Shown here: positions 1-11,161 of the stretch, one piece after another
How positions within the stretch are numbered: position 1 is the stretch's first letter
Layout: every line of letters begins with the position of its first letter
Source: Azolla caroliniana
Taxonomy: Eukaryota > Plantae > Polypodiophyta
Assembly (NCBI GenBank): GCA_043228905.1
Contig: JBHGNT010000016.1
Span: 620,001 to 684,000 of the forward strand
Direction of reading: 5' to 3'
DNA: 64,000 bases
Notes under the pieces: generated by a model
What the model was told of the DNA's origin: nothing
The model's input: only the letters and a program-made list of their open reading frames with translations
The model's database searches: none
Position numbers and translations under genes: made by a program

Positions 1-995
1 CGTGCAATCCCTCCAAATGTGACCGATCGCATCACACCGCATGCACCATTGCCCAGCCGGCGGCCTCCGGTCGCGAGGTTGTTCGCCGCTATCTCTCCGG
101 GCCTGTGCGATCTGCAAGTCGCACACCATCTGTGTCAGCTCCTCCAGAGCCGCTCCTCCGGATGGGCCTCTGACCACGTCATTCGATGCCAACCCCGACT
201 CTAGCCAGATTCGGGTCTCTTCCATCCTACCGTCCGGCACCGATACCGGCTCCTCAAGCCTCCTCCCCGGGACCAACTCTGACCCCAACGAGCTTCCGTC
301 GCTCCAATCGCGCTGTTTGTCAAAACGGTTGCAGACCCGTTTTACCGCGACCCAGTCTGCCATGAGCCCTTCGTCCGTTTCCAATAGGGGACCCACCTTT
401 TCCCTGTCGAGCACATCCACCAACTTGACAAACAGTAGTACTCGACTCGTTTCAAGCATGGTCCGGTCCAACGTCGACAGTCGCGCGAGCGAACTGTTTT
501 TCGAACTCCTGGAGGAGCGCCAAGGTGTTCCTCCCTTTTCCGAGGCTTTCCACCCACGCCATGAAGCGAGTCGTCAAACCCGTACTTCTCGAGGAGCTGC
601 AGCTCGAACTCCTCCCAAGTTTGGCATCCGGCCAACACCTCGAGCACCTCCGCGTGGATGCTTGGCGTCACCACCCGAGGGAATCCGGACAGCCGCCTGT
701 CCTCCGGGATATCCCTCATGATCATTTTGGCCCGGTAAGCCTCCAAATAACTTGTGGCGTCTTTCCCTCCGAACCGGCCTATAGTGCCAACGATTGATTC
801 GATGGCTCTATCGAGGGTACCCGTCCCCTCGCGAGCGCTTACCAGCCGGTCGACGGCTACCGCCATTGCCTCTGCTAGCTCTGATCCCCTCATCTTTCGA
901 CTCCTTTGCCGCCTGTTCACATCAGGTTCACCAAAGATGTCGCGAAGTTTGCGTTCGCGTGTAGGAAGAGGCGGGATCATGGGGGTCTTGGACCA

Positions 996-1047
<52 letters not shown>

Positions 1048-1632
1048 CACAGGGAGAAGTTAAGAGCAAGAAACAAGAATCTGATTACTATAATCAATAG
1101 CTTACAACTCGAACAATTACAACTGGCAACTCGATAATGGACCTGACACGGGGTCCTACTCACGCACTCCGACGACGGTCACACGACTCGAAGAAACAAG
1201 GGGGGAAAAGGGGAAGGAGAGAGACTCTGCTGGAAGCACACGAGCTATCCACGAAGCAGAGGCAGCGAACTCCCGACACCCGTAGAGAACGACGATCGGA
1301 GGAGAGAGAGAGCTCGGCACTCGATTCTGCAACAACACTTCGTCCTCGCCAACGTGCGATCCCCCTTTCCTCCTTCTCTCCTCTCCTTAAATAGTTCCCC
1401 CCAAAAAGGGGGTGCCTCCTTTCCCTAGTTAAACCGCTTTATTCATTGTCCCTTTCGACAGAGATACGCACAATCCCTCAATAAATGTGTACTACTTAGT
1501 ATTTACATCAGCCGATCCATTTATGAATCATGTACAAAATATCAAAATATCAATTCATGTGCCCATCCGTGTAAGAGCCGGTTCATGCGCCTTTTTCTCC
1601 GATTCCGCCTATGCCCAGTTTTCTTCACGACA
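1..1632 (-). mobile_element. Ty3/Gypsy LTR retrotransposon, 5' part (5' LTR 938-1632, tRNA-Trp PBS, degenerate gag running off the window start)
   Basis: LTR termini TGTCGTG...CGCGACA on the minus strand. PBS TGGTGAACCTGATGTGAA at 933-916, 4 nt after the LTR. The gag-like ORF from ATG ~893 (MRGSELAEAMAVAVDRL...GRFGGKDATSYLEAY) is homologous to the + strand gag at 9380-10690 and is frameshifted. Confidence 0.8.
997..1045. repeat. (GA)n microsatellite inside the LTR
   Basis: Uninterrupted GA run. Confidence 0.95.
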
Positions 1633-4049
1633 ACGTAACCATGTGATAGGCCACATGGTCCTACTACGAAAAGTTGGCTACTATTGGCTTGACCATTAGG
1701 TTGCTCTTTATGGTATGCCATTGTAATGATGAGACTTGAGGTTGGGTAACGTACTAACATAGTTGTCTAGTTAACGAGGGGGAAATGAACTTTCAAGAGT
1801 GTTACCCTCGTAAGAATATATGGGGAGGCATAAGGGTAGGTGTAATGATGTGGTTGATGTGTATGTGTAAAGTAAATGAGTTTGTGAGGATGAGTATGTG
1901 TATGGACACATGCACAATTATGTGCATGTGTACAAGAATGTGTAACAATCTTATTTATAACGGTCATGTAACCGTTACATTGGATGTATTATATAAACCC
2001 CGTTTGGGCATGTAATGAATATACATTTTTTCCCTTCTCATTTTGTGTCATTCTCTATTTTCTTTACTTCTCTCTTTCCCTCACACATAACCCCCTTGGG
2101 AGGGGGATGAAGCCGTTCTAGGCTTCACCCCCCACCCCAACAACAGAGATACATGTTTTCTTTTAAAAAACATAATATCCAAGCAAATGCCTTCGCACAT
2201 CTCTCATACTCATAAACATTATACATTCAAAAGGAGCAAATCATTTGGTTAGTTCAAGTGTTTAATGTATTTATCCTTAAGGTCTCGAGTTCAAATATGA
2301 CCAAGACCATACAACATTATTGATACATATGACTATAAAACATGACATTTAGACTTTAGGTCTAAGTGCACTTGGGGGTCCTCGTAATAGGACTTAAAGA
2401 GTCGAAACTACATGGGTGGGCCCAAAGACATAGTTTATTGTTAACATTTTTTCGTGTATAAGCTATTAATGATGCGAGCATACATGGGTGAGCCTCGAGG
2501 AGCCGCCATGAAAAAATCAATATAGAGATTAGGGAAATACATTCATTTGTCATCCCCGTCGTTTTTAAAACACCTAGAGGGGTATTGACGTGAGATCATG
2601 ATATTGATAAATGTTTGCCCATGATATGTTTACATCACTATATGATGTTATGGCTATTTGTTTGACCTTATCCTATTTCTTTGCCATAAATTATCAAAGG
2701 CTCCTAATAACGACCCAATGGCATCCGACCAAGCGGAAGCAATTCAAGGAAATCCTCTTGGGCCTATCCCCATTGACTCGTATTTTTCACAAATACAAAA
2801 TTTCCTTAATTCTACCTTGCACAAGATTTCCAAACTTCGGCAATCTCATAGTGCGCTTGAGGCATGTGTCATTAGTATACAACATGATACTAATAGACCC
2901 AATGCGTGTCAAGGTGAATCATCATTTGGCGTAAAGCCAATTATGGGAGAGAAAAAGAAAAGAACCGAAGAAGCAATCTGCACGTGGCTGGGCCAACGAG
3001 AGTCTCATTTTGAGCTCTATCCCAAGCCAGATAGTACGCATATTGCATATGTCGGTCGAGAACTAGAGGGTAAGGCCGCCGCCTAGTGGCGTGGGCTCCG
3101 CACTATGGGGAAATTGCCTGATACCTAGGCAGACTTTGTCACAGCTTTCAAGGGTCAATTTCTGCAACCTCCATCTCGAACCAAGGCATCACAAGCTTTA
3201 ATGAACCTCTCTTGCTGGAAGTTTTTGTCGCTAGAAGATTATGTTCACCATGCTAAAACCCAAATTCAAAAATCGGTTCTAAAAGGGTACAATTAATTGA
3301 TAGCTTGTTTTGTCAATGGCACCCCCAATTCGGACTATCATTGGATACTGCATGATAAGGACCCAAAATCCTTCGAAGAGGTCGTTGAAATAGTTCTTCG
3401 TTATCAACGCACTTTGAAGAAGGACAATAACAAACCCGAAGCACCCAGGACTAAGTAGTTGTTATTCACTGGGAAACGCAAGATACCCAACGAATTCATT
3501 GATCCCTATTGTAAGCGACAAAATCGTTTTTCGTGTGTTATGCAAAAAGGGGCATATGAAACAACAATGTCAGAAGCACCAACGGAAAGACCACGACAAC
3601 AAAACCAAAGTTGAAGGCCATAAAGGTCAGATTCTTGATGTCGTTGACATCTATACACATCATTTAAGTTACAGTTGTAAATTTTCTTTCCCTCACTATG
3701 TATTGGGACCCAATGATTTACTACGTGCAAACAGGTATATCAATGGATCGCTAGTACAATTCTTATTTGATTCGAGACGCTCATATAACTTTGTGAATGA
3801 TCGTTTGGTTTAGACATGGGGAATCCAACCCACCGTTGTCGCGAAAATACGACGAGGATACGTGAACTTGAGGCAGGACCCCGGGGCCTCCGACTAGAGG
3901 ATATCATATTCGTGCTTTTATATTTTTAACAATTAACGGAAATAAGAAATTTAATAATTTTCATTAACAAAGGAAAAAGAAATTACAATATGTCCCAAGA
4001 TTGGGATTTAGAAGTTTTAAGTTTACTAAGATTAATATAAAAGAAAAAT

Positions 4050-4320
4050 TAGGGGTTTTGAGAGATATGGCTTCCGTAGGGAAAATTAGGATTAGGTTAT
4101 ATGAGTATTATGGCTTCCGTAGGGAAGATTAGGGTTTTTGAGTGTTATGGCTTCCGTAGGGAAAATTAGGATTAGGCTATATGAGTATTATGGCTTCCGT
4201 AGGAAAGATTAGGGTTTTTGAGTGTTATGGCTTCGGCTTCCGTAGGGAAGATTAGGATTAGGTTAAATGAGTATTATGGCTTCCATCGGGAAGATTAGGG
4301 TTTATGAGATATATGGCTTC
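4050..4320. repeat. Tandem array of ~37-43 bp units (core TATGGCTTCCGTAGGGAARATTAGG), alternating A/B variants
   Basis: About 7 copies of the core, with two alternating linker types. Confidence 0.85.
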
Positions 4321-4649
4321 AATAAGATAAGAGAACCGAGAAGGAAAAGAAAAATTAATGTAATAATGGAGAGAGGATGAGTGTAAAAAAAAAGATGGAA
4401 TTTTATATGGAGTTCCCAGTTGATCATATGCATGTCCACTTTTTGTTGCTTAACTTTTTCTTTTAGTTGCATCTATTTTTAGTTCCATGGCTTTTTCTTT
4501 TAGTTGCATGCGACCGTCCACATGACCTTTACTTTTTGCATGCACTCCAACTTTAGTTGCTTGCGTCCACATGGCCTTTACTTTAGTTCTCTTCACTTTA
4601 CTTTAATTTGTTGCATGATCCAATCTTCCGTCCGTCCGCGTCCAACCTC

Positions 4650-5005
4650 GTCCGGTAGCCGGTTCCGCTCGATCGCCGAATTCCTCGCCGACCGATTCCA
4701 TTTTGCTTGCCGGCCGGTTCCGGTTTGCTTGCCGACCGGTTCCGGTTCCGGATTTGCTTACCGGCCAGTTTTCAATTTTGTTTACCGACCAGTTTCCGGA
4801 TTTGCTTTCCGACCGGTTTCCTGTTTTGCTTGCTGGCCAGTTTTGGTAAGCTTGCCGCCAGTTTCAGTTAGCTTACCAGTTCCGATTCCGATTTGCTTGC
4901 CGATTCCGATTCCGGTTTGCTTGCCGGCCAGTTCCAGTTAGCTTGCCGGCCGGTTCCGGTTTGGTTCCCATTACCGACCAATTCCATTTTATTGCCAACC
5001 GGTTT
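4650..5005. repeat. Degenerate ~22-bp CCGGTT/TTGCTTG tandem array
   Basis: Repeated ccggttccggtttgcttg-like units. Confidence 0.75.
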
Positions 5006-5198
5006 TGGGAACTTAGCCACATTAATCCTTCTAGACAAAGTGGCCAAAGTGCTTTTAACACAAATGAAAAATGAGGGATCTCAAGGTGCTTATATAGCCA
5101 GAGCCTTAAGTTTCCTATCTATGTGGGATAAATCATAGTCATAATTTTCCCTTTCTTGTCAAACTTCCTATCTATGTGGAATAAATCATAGTTATAAT

Positions 5199-5579
5199 TA
5201 GGGATCGGCAACGGCTCGGCTCAAGCCTAAACCGTTTGTCTTAGCCGGCTTGAAAACGGCTTAGCAGCTTAGCAGCTCGGCTTGGCTCGGTTTAGGCTTG
5301 AACTTGCCTTAACGGTTTGAGCTCGGCTCAGCTTGGCTTGAGCCTCGCCAAACCGGCTCAAGCCGGCTAAACCGTTGTCGTTTATAAACTTTAGAGAGAG
5401 GGGGAGAGAGACAACAGACAAGGGAAAAGAGAGAGAGAGAGAGAGAGTGAGGGAGGGAGAACTACACAGACGTGGAGAGAGAGAGGGAGGGAGGGAGACT
5501 ACATAGACGAGGAGAGAGAGAGAGAGGGAGGGAGACAACATATAAGGAGAGAGAGAGAGAGAGACTACACAGAGGGGAG

Positions 5580-5622
<43 letters not shown>

Positions 5623-5888
5623 GAGACCACAGACGTGAGAGAGAGTGGGAGGGAGAGCTTTTACAATGTATAGTATATAGTATATAGTATATAATCTAAG
5701 AGAGAGGGAGGTTTCTAAACCGGTTTACAAGCCGTTTACCAAACCGGTTCACAAACCGGTTTAGTCTAAACCGGTTTGTGAACCGGCTCGGCTCAGGTTT
5801 GAGATCTCGTAAACGGTTTAGGCTTAGCCGGTTTGGCTTGGATCAGGCCAAACCGGCTAAGCCTAAACCGAACTGTTGCCGATCCCTA
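5199..5888. mobile_element. hAT-type MITE (non-autonomous DNA transposon), 690 bp
   Basis: 14-bp TIR TAGGGATCGGCAAC/GTTGCCGATCCCTA. 8-bp TSD gttataat (5191-5198) / gttctaat (5889-5896). Dense subterminal AACCG/CGGTT repeats and a GA-rich core. Confidence 0.9.
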
Positions 5889-8534
5889 GTTCTAATTTCC
5901 CTTTCTTCTCAAACATCCATCTTTCTATAACAAGCTACTAATCTAATCTAAAATACTTATTTCATTATTTTTTACTGTGAAGATTCACACGACACCGTAA
6001 GTGATCATACCTATAAGGTGCACTTGGCTAATGGAAGAGTACAATACATCAACGGGGCGATTCATTCATTAGGAACTTCTATTGATACTTATGTAGAAGA
6101 AGTAGATTTCCATGTAACGAATCTTTGTACCACTAATGTAATATAGGCTTACCCCTAAGTTTATAATAAAAACCGTTATTTATCTATTGATTGGGTTCAC
6201 CATTCAATTACTTTTGTACTAAATGATTGTACTCACTTTATTCAATGTGTAAAAAAACAATCTATTTCGATTGTTGCCTCTCCATCAATATCCAAGTTGT
6301 CTTGTTCTTTTTTTATTGTGTACTTGATTCGAACATTCATGTTTATAATATCATAGTGTCTCGGGTCATTTATCATATTTTGAACAACAATAACTCGATG
6401 AAACCTTAAATTATTTTCGTGATGTTTTTCCGAGTATCTCCTAAACGTAATATAGACCATTGTATAGATCTTGTACCTGGCGTTGCACCAATAAGTATAC
6501 CTTTGTATCCCTTAAGTCAATTCGAAGAGGATGAAGTATCTAGGCAACTCAATGACTATTTAGGAATGGGTTATATACATTATAGTAAATCTCCATGGGG
6601 TGCACCTATTCTCTTAGTAAAAAACAAAGAGGGCACATGGCGTCTATGTATTAATTACTGACGCTTGAATAAAGTAATGATCAAGAATTCATACCCATCA
6701 CCCCGAGGTGACGATATGATTGACCGTCTCTAGGGAGCTCGATATTTTACGAAACTTGATCTTCGTACGGTCTACCATTAGATTGGTATAACTGAGGAAG
6801 ATGTTCCTAAAACGGCATTTCGTGCGCGCTATGGCCATTTGAGTTTTTAGTCATGCCTTTTGGTTTGACCAATGCTCCGGCCACATTTCATCCAGAAACG
6901 AGAACAACTTGCAAAATTTGTCGTTATTTTCTTGGATGATATTCTAGTTTACAGACGTACATTAGAAGTACATGCTAAACATGTCTGGTTTGTTTTACAA
7001 ACATTGCTTGACAAACAATTCTACGCAAATATCTCAAAATGTGAGTTCTTCAAGAAATCAATTACTTATCTGGGACATTTGATAACCGAATGAGGAGTTG
7101 AATTGATCCTTCTCGCATCGACAAAGTCAAACTTTGGCCCACTCTTCGGAATATTCGAGAAGTTCAATCATTCTTTGGCTTTGTCAGGTTTTTGCGAAAA
7201 TATCTTTGTAATTACTCTCAATTGACGACACCATTTACTGATCTTCTAAAAGGTCAAACATGTAAGTCTAAAAAACCTATTGTATAGAATGCTACACTAG
7301 ACCTCGCCTTTAAGGAACTCAAGGACCAGGTGTGCAAGGCTCCTTTATTTCATTTACTAGATCCTTCAAAATTCTCTCAAGTTGAAACCAATGCAAGTGA
7401 TTATGTTATAAGTGCTCTCCTATATCAAGATGGTAAACCAAACATTTGAGAGTAAGAAACTCAAGATTCTACTCAATGTCAGTATACCATTCAAGAAAAG
7501 GAGTTATTTGCAGTTATCCATGCGCCAAAGTCTTGGCGCCATTATCTTTATAGAAATCGTTTTGTGGTAACTACAGACCACAAGTCCTTGAAATATGTTT
7601 GTGATCAACAAGACCTTAAGGGTCGTAAGGCACGATGGGCATATCTCATCCAGGACTTTGATTTTTCCATACGATATCGTAAGGGTTCCATGAACACTGC
7701 CATTGATGCACAGAGCCGCATCCGTTAAGTTAACATGCTTAGTTTCACTGAAATACCATTAGATCTTTATGATTACGTTCGAGGAATGTATCCTGATGAC
7801 AGTTATTTTGGAAATACTGGGCAAGAGTTGATTCTGAAACAGACATGATCACCACAACCTCGAAGGAATCCTTCCACATTACTAACGGTCTGTTCTACCA
7901 TAATGGGAAGGTTTGTGTTCTAGATTTGCTTGAGATAAAGTAGAGAATTCTTTTTTAATGCCATGATGCACCCTCAACAGGGCACCCTGGAATACATCGC
8001 ACACTCGTTCTCATCTTCATTCAATTCTATTGGCCTAAGATGTGTCCTGACATACATTGCTATGTGACTAAATATCACTAGTGTCAGGTTAACAAAACCG
8101 AGCGACTTAAAACCGTTGGACTTTTACATCCCTTAGAAATTCCCAACAATAACTGGGAATGTATATCCATGGATTTTATTGTTAGCCGTCCTTGCACCCA
8201 AAAATGCCGTGATGCCATTTGGGTTGTGGTTGATGGACTAACTAAAATGGCCAGATTTATTGCTACTAAAACTACTGTAACAACTCCTAAATTGGCTTAC
8301 CAATTCATTGATGAGTTATTTTGTTTTAATGGGTTACCGATGGATATCGTGAGTGATAGCGATCCAAAGTTTATTAATGACTTTTGGAGCAAGTTTTTAA
8401 GGTTGTTAGAAACTACATTGAGCATGAGCGCCATGAATCATCCTCAATCCGATGGACAGACAGGACGAGTAAATCAAATTATTGAGGACATGCATCGAGC
8501 ATATGTTTGTGCAAAACCAACAACATGGGAATGT

Positions 8535-10690
8535 TGTTGTGGCGAATTCCGGGTACAAGGAGAAAAGGAGAGTGTGGGAACAAGGGTGTGCACAGACAGA
8601 CACAAAGTTGTCTTTGAGTACAAATATGTATAAATAACATAGGACTAGTAAGTACTAGGGAATAGGATTTTGGTGGGTACTTTAATGTCCCACGAAAGGA
8701 GGAGAATAAAGCATGTGTAGGGAGGAAACTGAGGGGAATCACTGAGAGAATTGACGGCCTTAAACAACTCTATGTAACGGTCTCTTTCTCCTTAAGCTAT
8801 AAAAGGAGGGAGAAACGATTGAGAAAGGGATCCTCATTTTCGGAGAACGAAGTGTTGCCGGACCGAGCTTTGCAGGCTTCTGGTTCCCTGTGTTTTGTTT
8901 ATGTTGTCACGCAACAAGGCCCCCTTTTCGCGTTGGTAGCCTATGTGCTCCCGATCAGAGGCCCGCCCTCATTTGTGTGTGTGTGTGTGTGTGTGTGTGT
9001 TTAGAGATCGAAGGTCCATTTCTGGTCGTGTCTGGTCCTGAGAAGTGTTCTTATGTTTGTTCTAATCCTGTTACGTGTGTGTATTCATGCGTGTGAGCTC
9101 GTGACCTCGTTGTTGCTATCCGGCTACCGATTTGGAGCAGTATTTTTCCTTGAGCTCGAGCGCTTACCGTCTGACATCCAGGAATCAATCCGGACTGGAT
9201 ATGTGTTCGGAAATTGCTCCGTTGAAATTATCCAAGAACTGTTCCTAGTAACCTTCCTTCTCTCGTCGGCTTCTTGGTTCGAGAGCCCGGTGGTCCCGCC
9301 CTGTTTTCAACACATACTCGTAAATTTCCGCGACATCTTTGGAGAACCCGACCTGAAAAGTGGTGGCAAAGGAGCTTGAGATGTGAACTCGCTCAAGCAA
9401 TGGTGGTGGTCATCGACTAGCTAGTGAATGCTCGATAGGGCACGAATACCCTCGATAGGGCCATAGAGGCAATAATCGGCACGATAGGCCGATTCAATGG
9501 AAAGGATGTGACTAGCTATTTGGAGGCCTACCGGGCAAAGATGATAATGAGATATCCCGGAGGACAATTGGTTATACGTATTCCGTAGGTCGTAGCGCCG
9601 AGCATCCACGTAGAGGTGCTCTAGATCCAGGGGGATTACAAGAACTGGTTGGAGCTCGAGGAGTGGCTCCTCGAGAGGTATGGCTTTGACAACTCACTCA
9701 GGTTGTCAAAGAGTGAATTCATGGAGTGGGTCGAGAGCCCCAGAAAGGGGAGGAACACATCAGTGTTGCTCCAGGAATTCGAGAAGTGTTTTGCGTGTCT
9801 CTCGGCATTGAACCAGACTATACTCGACACGAGAAAAATCTTGTTGTTCATTAAGTCCATTGGCATGATGGACCGGGAAAAGGTAGGTCTCCGACTGGAG
9901 ACAGACGACAAACGCACAACCGACATGACCATCGTAAAGAGGGTCTATGGCTACTTTGATAAGCAGCAGGATTGGAATAACAAACAGTTGTCTACGGTTG
10001 GCTTGGTTGGGACAGGAAGCCAAAAGAACCGATTCCTTCCTGGATGGAAGAAACGAGGCGCTGCCTTGAGTCAGGCACAACGCCAGACAATGAAGCCGAA
10101 GGATCGACCAATGGTACGGCTCTGGAGCAACTAACGAAGATGGTATGGGACCTCCAAATTGCTTACGCCTGGTGGGAAGGCGGTGGCCAATCGCATAATC
10201 AGCGCCAGCCGAACGACCAGAGATGCATGTGATGCGATGATATCGGCCACATGCGGAGAGACTGTGCCAAATTCATCGATGCACTCAAGATAAACATCTT
10301 GTACTTGTGGAATAACCGTGTACATGCTAGAGAGACTTGGAAGCCCCTTAAGTTGAACCCCGGTCGACGGGGGATGAAAAGGATAATGGAGGAAGCCGCC
10401 GCCTGAAACACCGAGGTCATCCACTACTCGGCTTCGGTAGGAATCTGAGTAGGTGGGGTGAAGAGTGTTGGCCCCAAATGCGACTCTGTATTTTGGCTAC
10501 TTGTACTGGAGGGCCTGTCCGAAGTGTGACTAAGGAAGGAAGAAGCGAACCGCGTGTAGAGACGGGTTCAGGAAGGCACCGGATGGAACAATCCGGTGGA
10601 AGAAAAACTAGCTTCGTGGAAGTCGCGTGCCAGAACTACGAAGTTTTGGTCGAGGACAAACGGGCCATAAAGGCCGGACGAGTCGGTCCT
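8535..10690 (+). mobile_element. Ty3/Gypsy element of the tRNA-Trp family: 5' LTR (8535-9335), PBS, degenerate gag
   Basis: LTR TGTTGTG...CGCGACA; PBS TGGAGAACCCGACCTGAA at 9340-9357. The gag is homologous to 1-893, with a CCHC knuckle (CMxCDDIGHMRRDC) near 10224-10265 and internal stops. Confidence 0.8.
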
Positions 10691-10712
10691 TCTCTTGCCG
10701 ATCAGCCGTTCC

Positions 10713-11150
10713 TGTCAGGAATAGTACTAAAACAGAGATGGAATTAGTACTAAGAAGAGTAGTACTATTAGTACTATTAGTACTAAGAGGACGGGACTGC
10801 GTAAGATTCCCGAGAGAGAGAAAGTGAGAAGAGGAGAGAGAGAGAGAAATAGGATGATGACAGCAGCTCTTATATTATATGAAAGATAAGTACAAATCGA
10901 CTAAGAGGCTTAAGACTGGTGTTGAACCAATTTGGTTCAACATAATGCTTAGTGCCTTCTTTTATAGTGTTCTCAGGAATAATCCTGAAGCTTCTAGAAT
11001 GTTCCAGAGAAATCTGGAATATACATTACTTTCTTATAATAAAACATAAATGAAAATAATATTCTATGAATTACAATAGATGGTGAGATGGTTAAGAGCT
11101 CGACCCATATACCATAAGGTCATGGGTTCGAGTCTTGCCATCTCATGACA
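10713..11150 (-). repeat. 3' LTR of the intact chromovirus
   Basis: Direct repeat of 15954-16391, preceded on the minus strand by PPT AAGGGGGAGATAG. Confidence 0.97.
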
Positions 11151-11161
11151 CTATCTCCCCC

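Larger units (their letters stand above)
3837..5994. mobile_element. Solo-LTR-like insertion (TGTCG...CGACA) with 4-bp TSD CCGT in the Gypsy protease
   Basis: TSD ccgt at 3833-3836 and 5995-5998. Removing the insert and one TSD restores the protease frame WGIQPTVSDHTYKVHLANG. Confidence 0.85.
2658..8534 (+). mobile_element. Degenerate Ty3/Gypsy (chromovirus-like) gag-pol, interrupted by a solo LTR and truncated by the next insertion
   Basis: gag (IAYVGRELEGKAAA), zinc-knuckle remnant (CKKGHMKQQC), protease (LFDSRRSYNFV...YKVHLANG), RT (PWGAPILLVKNKEGTWRLCINY; VIFLDDILVY), RNase H and integrase (MDFIV...HPQSDGQTGRVNQ). Many stops and frameshifts. Confidence 0.85.

Noticed and set aside
41-721. 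226-aa + strand ORF and other antisense ORFs over TEs and the RLK
   Set aside because: Shadow ORFs of GC-rich coding sequence on the opposite strand with no recognisable domains
1722-2144. Possible solo LTR (TGTAATG...AACA with a TATA)
   Set aside because: No matching TSD, PBS or second copy could be identified
2245-2310. tRNA-derived SINE head (TGGTTAG...GAGTTCAAAT); a similar weak signal lies at ~47630-47690
   Set aside because: Too degenerate; no tail or TSD found
4050-4320. CRISPR-like repeat/spacer appearance
   Set aside because: The linkers are two recurring variants, not unique spacers; eukaryotic LTR context and no cas genes
11079-11145. Functional tRNA gene in the LTR
   Set aside because: A/B-box-like motifs are present, but no convincing cloverleaf (acceptor, anticodon and T stems) forms; kept as a tRNA-like hairpin finding
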